Origin: a virus
Virus record (IMG/VR): IMGVR_UViG_3300008120_000016
Location: 32,001 to 96,000 of that record
Reading direction: 5' to 3' (one strand)
Length of the DNA stretch: 64,000 nt
The notes beneath the pieces are model-generated. The model had not been told where the DNA came from, searched no databases, and saw nothing but the letters and a program-made list of their open reading frames with translations. The first letter of the stretch is position 1, and each line of letters begins with the position of its first letter. Position numbers and translations under genes: made by a program. This document shows positions 55,297 through 64,000 of the stretch, one piece after another.

Positions 55297-58200
55297 TTAT
55301 AAGTATTCATTTAACCATCCTGTTGATCCTCCGTTATCATACATTCCACCACATTGATAACAAGGTTCTCCTCCCATTTTTCTTTTATCATCATATTGTC
55401 TAAATGTCAAGTATTGTGCATTGTTTTTAACTCTGCTAGCATAATTACTACGTTTATTCCATTTTGTAGGAAGATGTTTCCACATATCTTTTTTCTGTTC
55501 AGAAGTTAATTGTTGATTATATCTTACCCCAAGAACAACTGCAGTACCCATAGCAGCTTTAGAAGGATCAAGAAAATCTGTATTTTTTGTTATACCTACT
55601 TTAGCAAGAGCTTTTTTCTCATCATTGTTTAATTGAGCCCACCTAAGTTGTGTATAACCAACACTTTGATTTTTATCATCAGCTCTATATGTTTCAGCTT
55701 TAGATTTAACATCTGGTCCTCCTACAGCATCATCTGTTTCTACTTTAAACTTACCACTAAATAAATTACCAATAGTTTTACCGTAATCAATTTTACCAAT
55801 AGCTTTGATAAGATTGTTAGGTGCTAAATGTTCATCACCAAAATTTGATTCAGTACCATATATACCAAATGCCATTCTTGCAATTTCATTATAAACATCT
55901 GATGGAATACCAGCTGCTTGCATAATTGCTTTTTTATTATTTACAAGTGATGTATAATATGGTTTAGTAGTATTTTCATATTCCTTTTGGTCATTATAAT
56001 CCCATGGTGTATAAACATTTTTTTCAAACTTACCTCTATCAAATATTCCTTGAATAGGTTTATATACTAATGTATTAACACTTCTGTTTACACCTTGTCC
56101 TTTTTGAACCCTGCCTTTTGCATCCTTGTATTGATTATAATTGTTAATGTTTGTATTAACTCTTAATACAGGTTTACCATCTACAATTTGAAATGAATTA
56201 CCACGGTCTTCAGGTAGTACATACATTTTATTACCTACCGTATAACCTGTGTTATAAAGTTCATCCAGATTATAACAAATACCATTTATACAACCATTAG
56301 ATAATCTATTATTCGCAATATCTTTATCTTTAATTTTTGCAGTTCTATCACCAAAACTACTATGTAGTGCCATTGCAACATTTTCACCTTTGTCGTTTGC
56401 AAAGTTCCAAGAAGCTGCATCCGAATAATGAGGATCTTTTTTCTGTGAACCAGCCACTGTATATACTCCTGCACCTGTCATTTTATTACCTGCATCCCAA
56501 TCTACTTTACCGTTTACTATTCTTGTAACTGTTTGAGCATCACCAGCACTAGCACCTGTACCAACTGGGTAAGTATTTATAAGTTTATCTCCTTTATATA
56601 CATTTAATCTTCCTCTTTTTTTATCTACCACTGTATAAACTTCTTCGGGTTGATTTTTGTAATAAGCAGCTATACGTCTTTCATCACCTGTATAATCACC
56701 TTCGTCTTGTAAAGAATTTAAATACTGATTGTATTTATTTATATCACTCCAGTTTTGCCATTGTTGTTCAACAGCAGGTTGCCCAGCAACAGGTAAAATT
56801 AATTTTTGATTTACACCAATAACATTAGCATCTTTAATTTTATTTGCTTTTATTAAGTCATTCATAGATACTCCTGTTTCTCTAGAAATTTTACTTAATG
56901 TATCACCTTTTTTTACAACATAACTACCACCTTCATTAAAATAATTATTCAACCATCCGCCATGTTTTAAATATCTACCACTTTTAGGATTATATCTTTG
57001 TGGGTCATACTTACTTACATCACCTGTTTCTGGATTTCTTATCCAAGCACCTTCACCTGGAATGATTGTTAACTTAACTTGTTTACCACCTACGTACACA
57101 TGCTGAGGCATACCTTCATTAGCTATATTACGTCCAGAACTTGAACCATTTGATGAATAAGCAGAACCAGCATCCATTTGGTAATTAGCACCAGGAATAC
57201 CAAGATCTTTACTTCCTTGAGAACTTACTAACGTCATATCAGGATACTTATATGTATTTCCTAACATTCTATATCCTATAATATCTCTTCTTCCTCCAAC
57301 TAAAGGTTGTTTTTGTTGCATCCCACGTCTTTCTGCAAATTTGGTTTTATTAGGAATAATAGTTCCTGTAAGTTCATTTTCGACATGTGGAATCCAATCA
57401 GTACTAAAAGTTGCATTAGGATTTAACTTATTATACTGATCTACAAAAGTTTTCGTTTCATTAAATCCTCTCACTTTAGGTTGAACAGCTATTGGATTAG
57501 CTTCATCATATCCTACCTGATCTCTAATGTAAGAATGTAAATTATTCCATCTTGCTCTATAATCGCTTGGTAAACCAGAAGAAACTTCTTCTTTAGAAGT
57601 ATTAGTTGAAGAAGGATTTTCTGTAGCAGGTTTTTCTGTAGTAGGTTTTTCTCCTCCAATATTATATTTATCCAGCCATCCACCATATTTTGCTGTATTA
57701 GATTTTATACTTGCTTCAGGACTTGAAGCACCTGGACCAGGAGGATGTAACTCATTATATGCAGGTCCTTCTTCTTTTATTTTGTTTTGATAATAATCAT
57801 AATCTGGATGCAATTGATTATATTCATTAACAGCTTGTTTATAATTTTTAGGAAAATCTCCTACAATTGCATCCTCATATACAGGACTTACTTTTCCTTC
57901 TTCAGGAGCTGGTGGTTTACAAACACCTGTTGAAGGATCACAACCTCCACCACCTCCATTATTTCCACCACCTCCACCTCCACCATAATAAATTACAGAG
58001 CTACCTTGATAACAAGGTACTTCATTACCTTCTTCATCATAACAAATTTCATCGTCATTTCCGTCAAATGGATTTATAAAACTAGATCCTCCACCACCAC
58101 TACCTCTATTTTTTTTGACTCTAGATGGTTTTTCAAATTTCATTTTTCCAGGACTACATACATCTCCAGGACAATCAAAACTTCCTCTACCTCCTTTGCC

Positions 58201-58563
58201 ACCAAATAAATTTCTTAACCAATCCCAAAATCCACCACCTTTTCCAGTACCTCCACCACCTTTAAAATATTCGTCAACATAGTCTGCACCAGGAAAATTT
58301 ACAGATTGATTTGTATAAGGTTCTAACCATTCTTCCTGACCTGTGTTTGCTTTAGCTTTTATTCTGTAGGGTGTAGGGTTATATAATGTATCAGATGGTA
58401 TTCTATAATGAGTTCCATTAGGAGGTAATCCATTTTTAAAACCATCCATAGAAATATATGGTACAGTTTTTTTACCAGGTAAACGACTTAATCCCTTATT
58501 AGGGATGTGTCCAGTTTTATCTTTATTCTGAGCAATTATTTTATTTAAATTAGGCCTCTCCAT
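55297..58563 (-). CDS. Multidomain virion protein, 1088 aa: LysM + YkuD-like L,D-transpeptidase + lysozyme-like domain
   Basis: LysM YVVKKGDTLSKIS...ANKI..ANVIGVNQKLILP; YkuD VVDK....L.VY....Y.VGTG ... ALHS ... SNGCIN; lysozyme-like GIYGTESNFG ... GYTQL ... WN. Confidence 0.82.
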   Translation of the reverse strand: MERPNLNKIIAQNKDKTGHIPNKGLSRLPGKKTVPYISMDGFKNGLPPNGTHYRIPSDTLYNPTPYRIKAKANTGQEEWLEPYTNQSVNFPGADYVDEYFKGGGGTGKGGGFWDWLRNLFGGKGGRGSFDCPGDVCSPGKMKFEKPSRVKKNRGSGGGGSSFINPFDGNDDEICYDEEGNEVPCYQGSSVIYYGGGGGGGNNGGGGGCDPSTGVCKPPAPEEGKVSPVYEDAIVGDFPKNYKQAVNEYNQLHPDYDYYQNKIKEEGPAYNELHPPGPGASSPEASIKSNTAKYGGWLDKYNIGGEKPTTEKPATENPSSTNTSKEEVSSGLPSDYRARWNNLHSYIRDQVGYDEANPIAVQPKVRGFNETKTFVDQYNKLNPNATFSTDWIPHVENELTGTIIPNKTKFAERRGMQQKQPLVGGRRDIIGYRMLGNTYKYPDMTLVSSQGSKDLGIPGANYQMDAGSAYSSNGSSSGRNIANEGMPQHVYVGGKQVKLTIIPGEGAWIRNPETGDVSKYDPQRYNPKSGRYLKHGGWLNNYFNEGGSYVVKKGDTLSKISRETGVSMNDLIKANKIKDANVIGVNQKLILPVAGQPAVEQQWQNWSDINKYNQYLNSLQDEGDYTGDERRIAAYYKNQPEEVYTVVDKKRGRLNVYKGDKLINTYPVGTGASAGDAQTVTRIVNGKVDWDAGNKMTGAGVYTVAGSQKKDPHYSDAASWNFANDKGENVAMALHSSFGDRTAKIKDKDIANNRLSNGCINGICYNLDELYNTGYTVGNKMYVLPEDRGNSFQIVDGKPVLRVNTNINNYNQYKDAKGRVQKGQGVNRSVNTLVYKPIQGIFDRGKFEKNVYTPWDYNDQKEYENTTKPYYTSLVNNKKAIMQAAGIPSDVYNEIARMAFGIYGTESNFGDEHLAPNNLIKAIGKIDYGKTIGNLFSGKFKVETDDAVGGPDVKSKAETYRADDKNQSVGYTQLRWAQLNNDEKKALAKVGITKNTDFLDPSKAAMGTAVVLGVRYNQQLTSEQKKDMWKHLPTKWNKRSNYASRVKNNAQYLTFRQYDDKRKMGGEPCYQCGGMYDNGGSTGWLNEYL

Positions 58564-61500
58564 TATCTAGGTGATTGAAGAATTTTTTGATTAGATATTT
58601 TAAACAAATATTTATTTTGTCCACTTTTTACTTTTCTTAAAAATATTCTATTTACATTATGTCTAAATTTCTTTCTTTCTAATGCAGCTTTTGAATAATT
58701 TACATAAGCAGGGTTAATATTAAATTTATAACCATTTGGTTCAATATTTAACATAGGAAGATTAACTGATGCAAATTCCCCTCTGTCTTTTGTAATATCC
58801 CAAAACTGATTAAACCTATATTTATTCTCTTCTTTAGAATATTGTATCTTAATTGTGTTTGCTCCAATTTGCGGATAACTTAACAAATTTACAGCATCAT
58901 TCTTAGATTTAAGTACAAGTTCTAAAATTCCTGAAATTTGTTCAGAATTATAAATCATAGCTTGATCAAAATTTTCATCAAGAATATGAAACTTATCTCT
59001 ACAATTATTATACATTGTATACACTTCCAACAAATATTCTAAGTTTCTCATAGAGTTTACTTGTTGCCCAGTGGCTGATACAAACTCTACTTCAAAAGGA
59101 TAATCAACACCATAAAAGTTACAATAACTATTACATACTACATTATGTTTCCAAATACTATTATCCTTAACCGACAAAAAATGATTCTTACCTGGAATCA
59201 AAAATGTTGGAATCCAATCATGAAAACTTACCCATGATTTAGATTTAGGATCATAGCTTATTGTCCAACTTGCATCTTCAAAATAATCTTTATCGTCAAA
59301 GTTTATTTTAACACCACCAGCTGTAAACATATTACCATCTGAATCAAAAGTAAATGTTTGAAACTTTGGCTTATAATCCTTTTTAGTAATATACAAAATT
59401 TCGTTGGTATTATCATAAATACATTGAACTCCTACACCTTTTACTGGATTATCATACAAGGGATAATTTGGATATTGCAGTAATAGCTGAGAAGGTAAAT
59501 ATCTAGAAAACCACCATTTTAAACCACCATTTGATATTTCATTTAATTGACCTGTATATTGAAATACCTTTCCTTGATTTTGACTTACATAGAATAAACC
59601 GTGAAGTGTATTTACAGAACTAAATCTACTTTGGTTTGATCCATACTCATATGATGCGTCTGTATTTACAATAGCTTGCATAGGTTGTTGAAATAAACCT
59701 CCGTCTCCTATTGTTAACTTAGCACCAGTACCATCTACCTTTAATTCTTCCAATCCCATAAATTGTAGTGGACTTTGGTAAGCCATCATAAAAAATCCAT
59801 TATAAAAATTACCTGATTTAATTATATCAGATCTAAACATTGCAGCAAGCTCCGTAAACCTTGTAGGATCGTAATGTCTTTTTGCTATTTCTTCATCCCA
59901 ATCTCTGTAAGCACAGTTTACTTCACTTTCAATAAAAAATTCTCTTACACCAGAATTAAAAAGATAAAAGAAACCTCTAGATACATAAAATGCGTTTAAA
60001 AAACCACCATTTTGTCTAGCATCTAATGATCTAAAAGTTGAAGGTTGCTGCAATAAATGCAATTTTACAATACTACTATTTATCCAATGTCTGGGATATG
60101 GTATATTTATATACAGCGTATAATCATATTCGGTTTCATCGGGCTCACCCATTAACCAAGTAGTAAAGAAAAACATTGTGTTTTTCTCAGTAAATCTTGA
60201 TACATATATATCTCCACCAAATAAAACTTCTGTTGATTCTCTAAGAAGAGTAGAAGTTCTTATAGGATTAATACACGTATCTATTGGCAATTGTTTTATA
60301 GATTCTAATTGCCCATACTGAGTTGCTAAATTTATTTTTAAAGCAGCATGGTGTGCAGAAATGGTGCTACCAGGTGCTTCACTAAATATCCAACGACTAT
60401 TATCTATTGTAAGAGGATCCTCAATATTTGCAGCACTATTATCTATAGCTACAATAGCAAATTTGCTTCTATATAAATTATTAACTTGTAAAACTTCTAC
60501 AGGATTTTGTTTAGTAAAATATTGTATGTGAGGAGAAATGTATGCTGCTTGATCAATTCTTCTTCTTCTATTTCCTAATCTTGAAGGAACTGTTCTATTA
60601 TAAAATCCTGATGATATAAATTGTGAACAATATTGAATTCGTGGAACCAAGTATCTAAAGATTTGCATAACCTTTTCAGATTGTACTTCTGTAAAGTAAG
60701 CAGCTAATAAAAATAAAGCTCCTGTAATAACTACCCATAAAGCTAATCTTAATGCATATTCAATCCATCCTAAAACTGTTGCCCATAAGTTTGCAACACC
60801 ACCACCTGCAGGAGGAAGAGGAGGTGGTTGTAGTGGAGGAAACGTAAATGCAATTGGTAAATCCTCAGTACCTGTAAACTCAAGTCCTTGGGCTATTATA
60901 TTAACACCAGCAACAGCACCAACTATATCAGAAATAAATTTAACAAAGTTTGCTAAAACTTTAAATCTTGGATGTCTATAAGGAGTTTCAAAAAATCCAC
61001 TAACGTTACCAACATACTCATTGTATATTTTTAATTCACTAACGTTTAAAAACGGATTACTAAACGTAACATCTGGACTATGAAATGAGAATATATCTTT
61101 ACGATATGAACTCATTTTACTATAGTTAACATTACCATTAGAGTCTCCATTAGTACCATTTACAAGATCAGTTGTTAAATAAGGATCTGGTCTTAAATCA
61201 TTATAAGGATAATTTTGAAAAAGTCCTCTTTGAGTATTACCCGGTATAGGATAATCTCTCATATTGCAAATAATACCCTTTGCAATAATTGATTTGTTTC
61301 CTTCACGAGATCCTCTTAATATTTGATAGCCTACAATAGATTCAATAGGATTTCCATTGTTATCAAGTGGTGCAGCAATATTTTCAAAAGCTACACCTAA
61401 CAAAACAAGTTTGGTACCTCCAGGTACACCTGGACCACCTGTGTCAAAAGTTGCTGGAAAATTATCAACTGTTTCATCAGGCATCTTATGGTGACGAATT

Positions 61501-62918
61501 TTTTTACCACATAAGTTACCCCAAACAGTAGGATTATTATCTGGATAGTATTCTTCACTTTCCCAAAAAGCCATTCTACCAGAAGCAATTATTCTTCCAC
61601 CTTCTAAATAAGAAGGGCTAGATTGAATGTTTGAATCAACAATGGCTGTATTTTTAACTTGCCAAACTTTTCTTGAAAATGCAGATGGTCCTGTTGTTTC
61701 GAATGCATCGTTTACTATACCTGTAATATTTGCTTCATCACCAGATAAAGGAGCTCTGCCGGGTATATGATACGATTCACTAAGTTCACCTGTATTATAA
61801 ACAAATCGAATAAAGAAGGAATATACCTCATCTCTTAAATATCCAGTTTTATTATTACCTTTTTCATAATAATCATTAGGATATTGAACAGCTACCCACT
61901 TTGCTCTAATTTGATTTGCTAATGGTTGATAATTAAATTTAAACTTACTATATGTACCTACTCTTAATAAATAATTATTTATAGAGTACATAGCATCACT
62001 TTTTTCTATTGCCTCAGATCTAAATACTATATCAGCCACACTAACATTAACAAACTCTAAATTCCATCTATCAACGTGTATTATACCTTGTGAAGTTGAA
62101 TAATAACCAATTCTTTTAGCAACTGTTTGAGCATTAACATTAGACAATATTACAAGTTCAAATTCGTCAAAATCTCTATCAATATCAGTAACAATAATTT
62201 CTAAAGAGCCATTTACATTATCATGTGACCATATTGGTTGTACAGCTGTTAATCCAATATAATCTGTAACTTTTACCTGATTAACTGTGTATGCAATACA
62301 TGCTTGATATGACCCATTCGGAAGTGTTCCAGGAACCTTACCTTTTTTAATTGTAAGACAAGGATGTGTAATTAATGGAGCAAGTCTAAGAGATTCACAG
62401 TTTACAGTATTTAGATAATTTCTTACTCTGCAATTATTAACATATGTGTCTACATAGTTAAAGTATTGCTGAACATTGTCTATATCAATTACTCTTGTTG
62501 GATTGCGACCATCATCCCAATACACTAATCTTTCACAATCATATCTTCTTCTAAATACACCTGTGATTAAATTACTTTTTCTAAAATTTAAACATTTACT
62601 ATTCAGTTGTTTTTGATATGTACATGCTGATTCATCAAATATTCCTATTTCAGAATCAAGATCATCTGTAGTAAATACAGCCCATTGGTCATCACCTAAG
62701 TGAACAGTTCCAATAAGAGTATATGGAAGATTGACACAATTAATATTCGAGGGTTCATTACCAATTATACCCACTTGTCCATCATGAGAATTATTTACAG
62801 CGTTACGTGCATGGGTATATTGTCCCTCTCCTACAAAGGTTTCATTATAATCTTTCAACATACCTTTATTAAAGGTATTTGTTGTAGCTTGTGGATTACC
62901 TTGTTGATTCTCAGCCAT
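58563..62918 (-). CDS. Tail stabilisation / muzzle-type protein (P22 gp10-like, crAss type), 1451 aa
   Basis: N-terminal NTFNKGM.KD...Y..ARNAVN; beta-rich; C-terminal WTISYDP....WVSFHDW.P; lies between the ring gene and cargo genes. Confidence 0.75.
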   Translation of the reverse strand: MAENQQGNPQATTNTFNKGMLKDYNETFVGEGQYTHARNAVNNSHDGQVGIIGNEPSNINCVNLPYTLIGTVHLGDDQWAVFTTDDLDSEIGIFDESACTYQKQLNSKCLNFRKSNLITGVFRRRYDCERLVYWDDGRNPTRVIDIDNVQQYFNYVDTYVNNCRVRNYLNTVNCESLRLAPLITHPCLTIKKGKVPGTLPNGSYQACIAYTVNQVKVTDYIGLTAVQPIWSHDNVNGSLEIIVTDIDRDFDEFELVILSNVNAQTVAKRIGYYSTSQGIIHVDRWNLEFVNVSVADIVFRSEAIEKSDAMYSINNYLLRVGTYSKFKFNYQPLANQIRAKWVAVQYPNDYYEKGNNKTGYLRDEVYSFFIRFVYNTGELSESYHIPGRAPLSGDEANITGIVNDAFETTGPSAFSRKVWQVKNTAIVDSNIQSSPSYLEGGRIIASGRMAFWESEEYYPDNNPTVWGNLCGKKIRHHKMPDETVDNFPATFDTGGPGVPGGTKLVLLGVAFENIAAPLDNNGNPIESIVGYQILRGSREGNKSIIAKGIICNMRDYPIPGNTQRGLFQNYPYNDLRPDPYLTTDLVNGTNGDSNGNVNYSKMSSYRKDIFSFHSPDVTFSNPFLNVSELKIYNEYVGNVSGFFETPYRHPRFKVLANFVKFISDIVGAVAGVNIIAQGLEFTGTEDLPIAFTFPPLQPPPLPPAGGGVANLWATVLGWIEYALRLALWVVITGALFLLAAYFTEVQSEKVMQIFRYLVPRIQYCSQFISSGFYNRTVPSRLGNRRRRIDQAAYISPHIQYFTKQNPVEVLQVNNLYRSKFAIVAIDNSAANIEDPLTIDNSRWIFSEAPGSTISAHHAALKINLATQYGQLESIKQLPIDTCINPIRTSTLLRESTEVLFGGDIYVSRFTEKNTMFFFTTWLMGEPDETEYDYTLYINIPYPRHWINSSIVKLHLLQQPSTFRSLDARQNGGFLNAFYVSRGFFYLFNSGVREFFIESEVNCAYRDWDEEIAKRHYDPTRFTELAAMFRSDIIKSGNFYNGFFMMAYQSPLQFMGLEELKVDGTGAKLTIGDGGLFQQPMQAIVNTDASYEYGSNQSRFSSVNTLHGLFYVSQNQGKVFQYTGQLNEISNGGLKWWFSRYLPSQLLLQYPNYPLYDNPVKGVGVQCIYDNTNEILYITKKDYKPKFQTFTFDSDGNMFTAGGVKINFDDKDYFEDASWTISYDPKSKSWVSFHDWIPTFLIPGKNHFLSVKDNSIWKHNVVCNSYCNFYGVDYPFEVEFVSATGQQVNSMRNLEYLLEVYTMYNNCRDKFHILDENFDQAMIYNSEQISGILELVLKSKNDAVNLLSYPQIGANTIKIQYSKEENKYRFNQFWDITKDRGEFASVNLPMLNIEPNGYKFNINPAYVNYSKAALERKKFRHNVNRIFLRKVKSGQNKYLFKISNQKILQSPR

Positions 62919-63273
62919 GTTTGATAAATAACTTCTTTTTATCTATAAACTTATAAATAACACCGGTTAAATGACCACATAACCAAGCTTGTGCCTCTTC
63001 ATCTGATATTCCTCTGTCTTCAGTAACTCTTACAACAGCGTGATATACTTCATGAGCTATTGTGTTATGTGATAAATATTTACTATCTATTATTAAATAA
63101 TACTTGTCAATATCCGGAGAAACTAATATACCTTCACTTTCTCCATCATCTTCTGAGTTTTTTAGTTTATATTTTTTGTCAAGTTTTTTTACAGAAGCAT
63201 TTAATTGATCTGTAATTGAAAAAACTACACTACAATTATACGTTTCTAATTTTATGGTTAATGATATTTTCAT
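62911..63273 (-). CDS. Small zincin-like metallopeptidase
   Basis: TIAHEVYHA followed by DEEAQAW (HExxH + E); coupled to both neighbours. Confidence 0.7.
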   Translation of the reverse strand: MKISLTIKLETYNCSVVFSITDQLNASVKKLDKKYKLKNSEDDGESEGILVSPDIDKYYLIIDSKYLSHNTIAHEVYHAVVRVTEDRGISDEEAQAWLCGHLTGVIYKFIDKKKLFIKHG

Positions 63274-64000
63274 TAATAACCGTCTTGAGTTTTAAACATG
63301 TTATAGTATTTGTGATAAATACCTTTTCGGTTTAATTCCCAATTTTTCTTCAGCTCAGAGAAATTAGGAGTATTAACAATTGACAATGCGTTATTTCTAG
63401 CTACTCGTAATCTTTGCTCAACTAATTGCATTTTTTGCCCTACGTCTTCTCCATTGATATATAAGTTTTCTAAAAGACGTTGTTTAATAGCATACTCATA
63501 ATATTCATTAATCATTGGATGATCAAGAACTAAAAGATTTCCTTCATCATCTTCTAATGCTCCTTGATATGAAATAAATATTTTACCATTATCTATATTA
63601 GTATAAATAAATCCATTTTTAATGTACCCAATATTACCTGACTGAGTATCATCTAAAGCATCGCATTTTCCAGAACTGGTAGCAATTTTAATTCTATCAA
63701 AAGTTTCATATATCCTTGTTTCAGTTTTTCTTTTTTCTACAACCTGTACGTATATCTTTTCTCCATTTTGACACTCTTGTACATATGTAGCTTCACATTC
63801 ACATTCAGTGTTACATCCACATTTAGGACAATGATCCATTATAACATTTTCGGTTTCTCTACCAGCATTTGCTCTATACGTTACTTTATAAGTAGAGCAC
63901 ATATAAGCATAGTTTAAAACATAAAAATCATCTGGTAATTTTACCTTTCGTTTTTCAACTTCAAGAAGTTTCTCTTTAGTTCCGTGAATTCTTAATCCTA
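63273..64000 (-). CDS. Tail ring / adaptor protein (crAss type), 5'-truncated at the window edge
   Basis: The frame stays open from 63902 to 64000 (GLRIHGTKEKLLEVEKRKVKLPDDF...); LPDDF and Y....D..G.L.V.DHP..NEY.EY patterns; upstream of the tail stabilisation gene. Confidence 0.65.
   Translation of the reverse strand, partial: GLRIHGTKEKLLEVEKRKVKLPDDFYVLNYAYMCSTYKVTYRANAGRETENVIMDHCPKCGCNTECECEATYVQECQNGEKIYVQVVEKRKTETRIYETFDRIKIATSSGKCDALDDTQSGNIGYIKNGFIYTNIDNGKIFISYQGALEDDEGNLLVLDHPMINEYYEYAIKQRLLENLYINGEDVGQKMQLVEQRLRVARNNALSIVNTPNFSELKKNWELNRKGIYHKYYNMFKTQDGY

Larger units (their letters stand above)
1..64000. mobile_element. Segment of a crAss-like (Crassvirales-related) bacteriophage genome, probable Bacteroidota host
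   Basis: Single-chain virion RNAP with RIPTQG and GSDFDIDK motifs among giant cargo genes; tail stabilisation and ring genes; phage-type replication module (PolB, DnaB, primase, AAA_24); lysis cassette; no host housekeeping genes; dense strand-coherent gene blocks. Confidence 0.9.

Noticed and set aside
19849-63902. Many 60-120-aa ORFs antisense to or out of frame within the long genes (e.g. 20657, 25194, 28127, 36819, 48221, 53230, 57867, 61397), and similar ones at 33-2571 and 3531-6372
   Set aside because: Shadow ORFs fully overlapping well-supported genes, with no motifs of their own.
1-64000. Stop-codon reassignment (TAG to Gln or TGA to Trp) as seen in some crAss-like phages
   Set aside because: Multi-kilobase ORFs are uninterrupted in code 11, and TAG (14265, 19812, 19849) and TGA (354, 7491) close genes at natural operon boundaries.
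1-64000. tRNA, rRNA, diversity-generating retroelement, integrase or anti-phage defence genes
   Set aside because: Intergenic gaps are short and show no cloverleaf; no reverse transcriptase or recombinase motifs in any ORF. A tRNAscan-SE or Infernal run would be needed to exclude RNA genes formally.

Overview
This window is a 64-kb segment of an AT-rich, crAss-like (Crassvirales-related) tailed bacteriophage genome read in the standard genetic code. The host is probably in the Bacteroidota (inferred from a TAnnTTTG-type promoter and AT-rich starts without Shine-Dalgarno sequences). It has four blocks. (1) 1-3286, + strand: a RavA/MoxR-type AAA+ ATPase and VWA pair. (2) 3377-6347, - strand: a lysis and late cassette with an M15 endolysin, holin and spanin candidates, a lipoprotein metzincin, and a 41-aa basic ORF missing from the ORF track. 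(3) 6486-19812, + strand: the replication module (DnaA domain IV-like protein, DnaB helicase, AAA_24/Sak4-like ATPase, SSB-like protein, primase, HNH, PD-(D/E)XK nuclease, family B DNA polymerase, DUF932-like protein, dNMP kinase, spore photoproduct lyase). (4) 19849-64000, - strand: the virion module, with three giant cargo proteins including a single-chain virion RNA polymerase (GSDFDIDK), cargo proteins carrying peptidoglycan-active domains, a tail stabilisation protein and a truncated tail ring protein. I saw no tRNA, rRNA, CRISPR array, integrase, terminase, portal or capsid gene. The most unusual signals are: terminal cysteines paired head-to-tail across three almost Cys-free giant proteins; a recurrent hydrophobic-x-x-GG motif suggesting polyprotein-like processing; a LysM-L,D-transpeptidase-lysozyme cargo protein; a copy of the RNAP catalytic octapeptide at the end of the DUF932-like protein; and a possible +1 frameshift at 52797. 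All family assignments come from motifs recognised by eye; no database searches were run.
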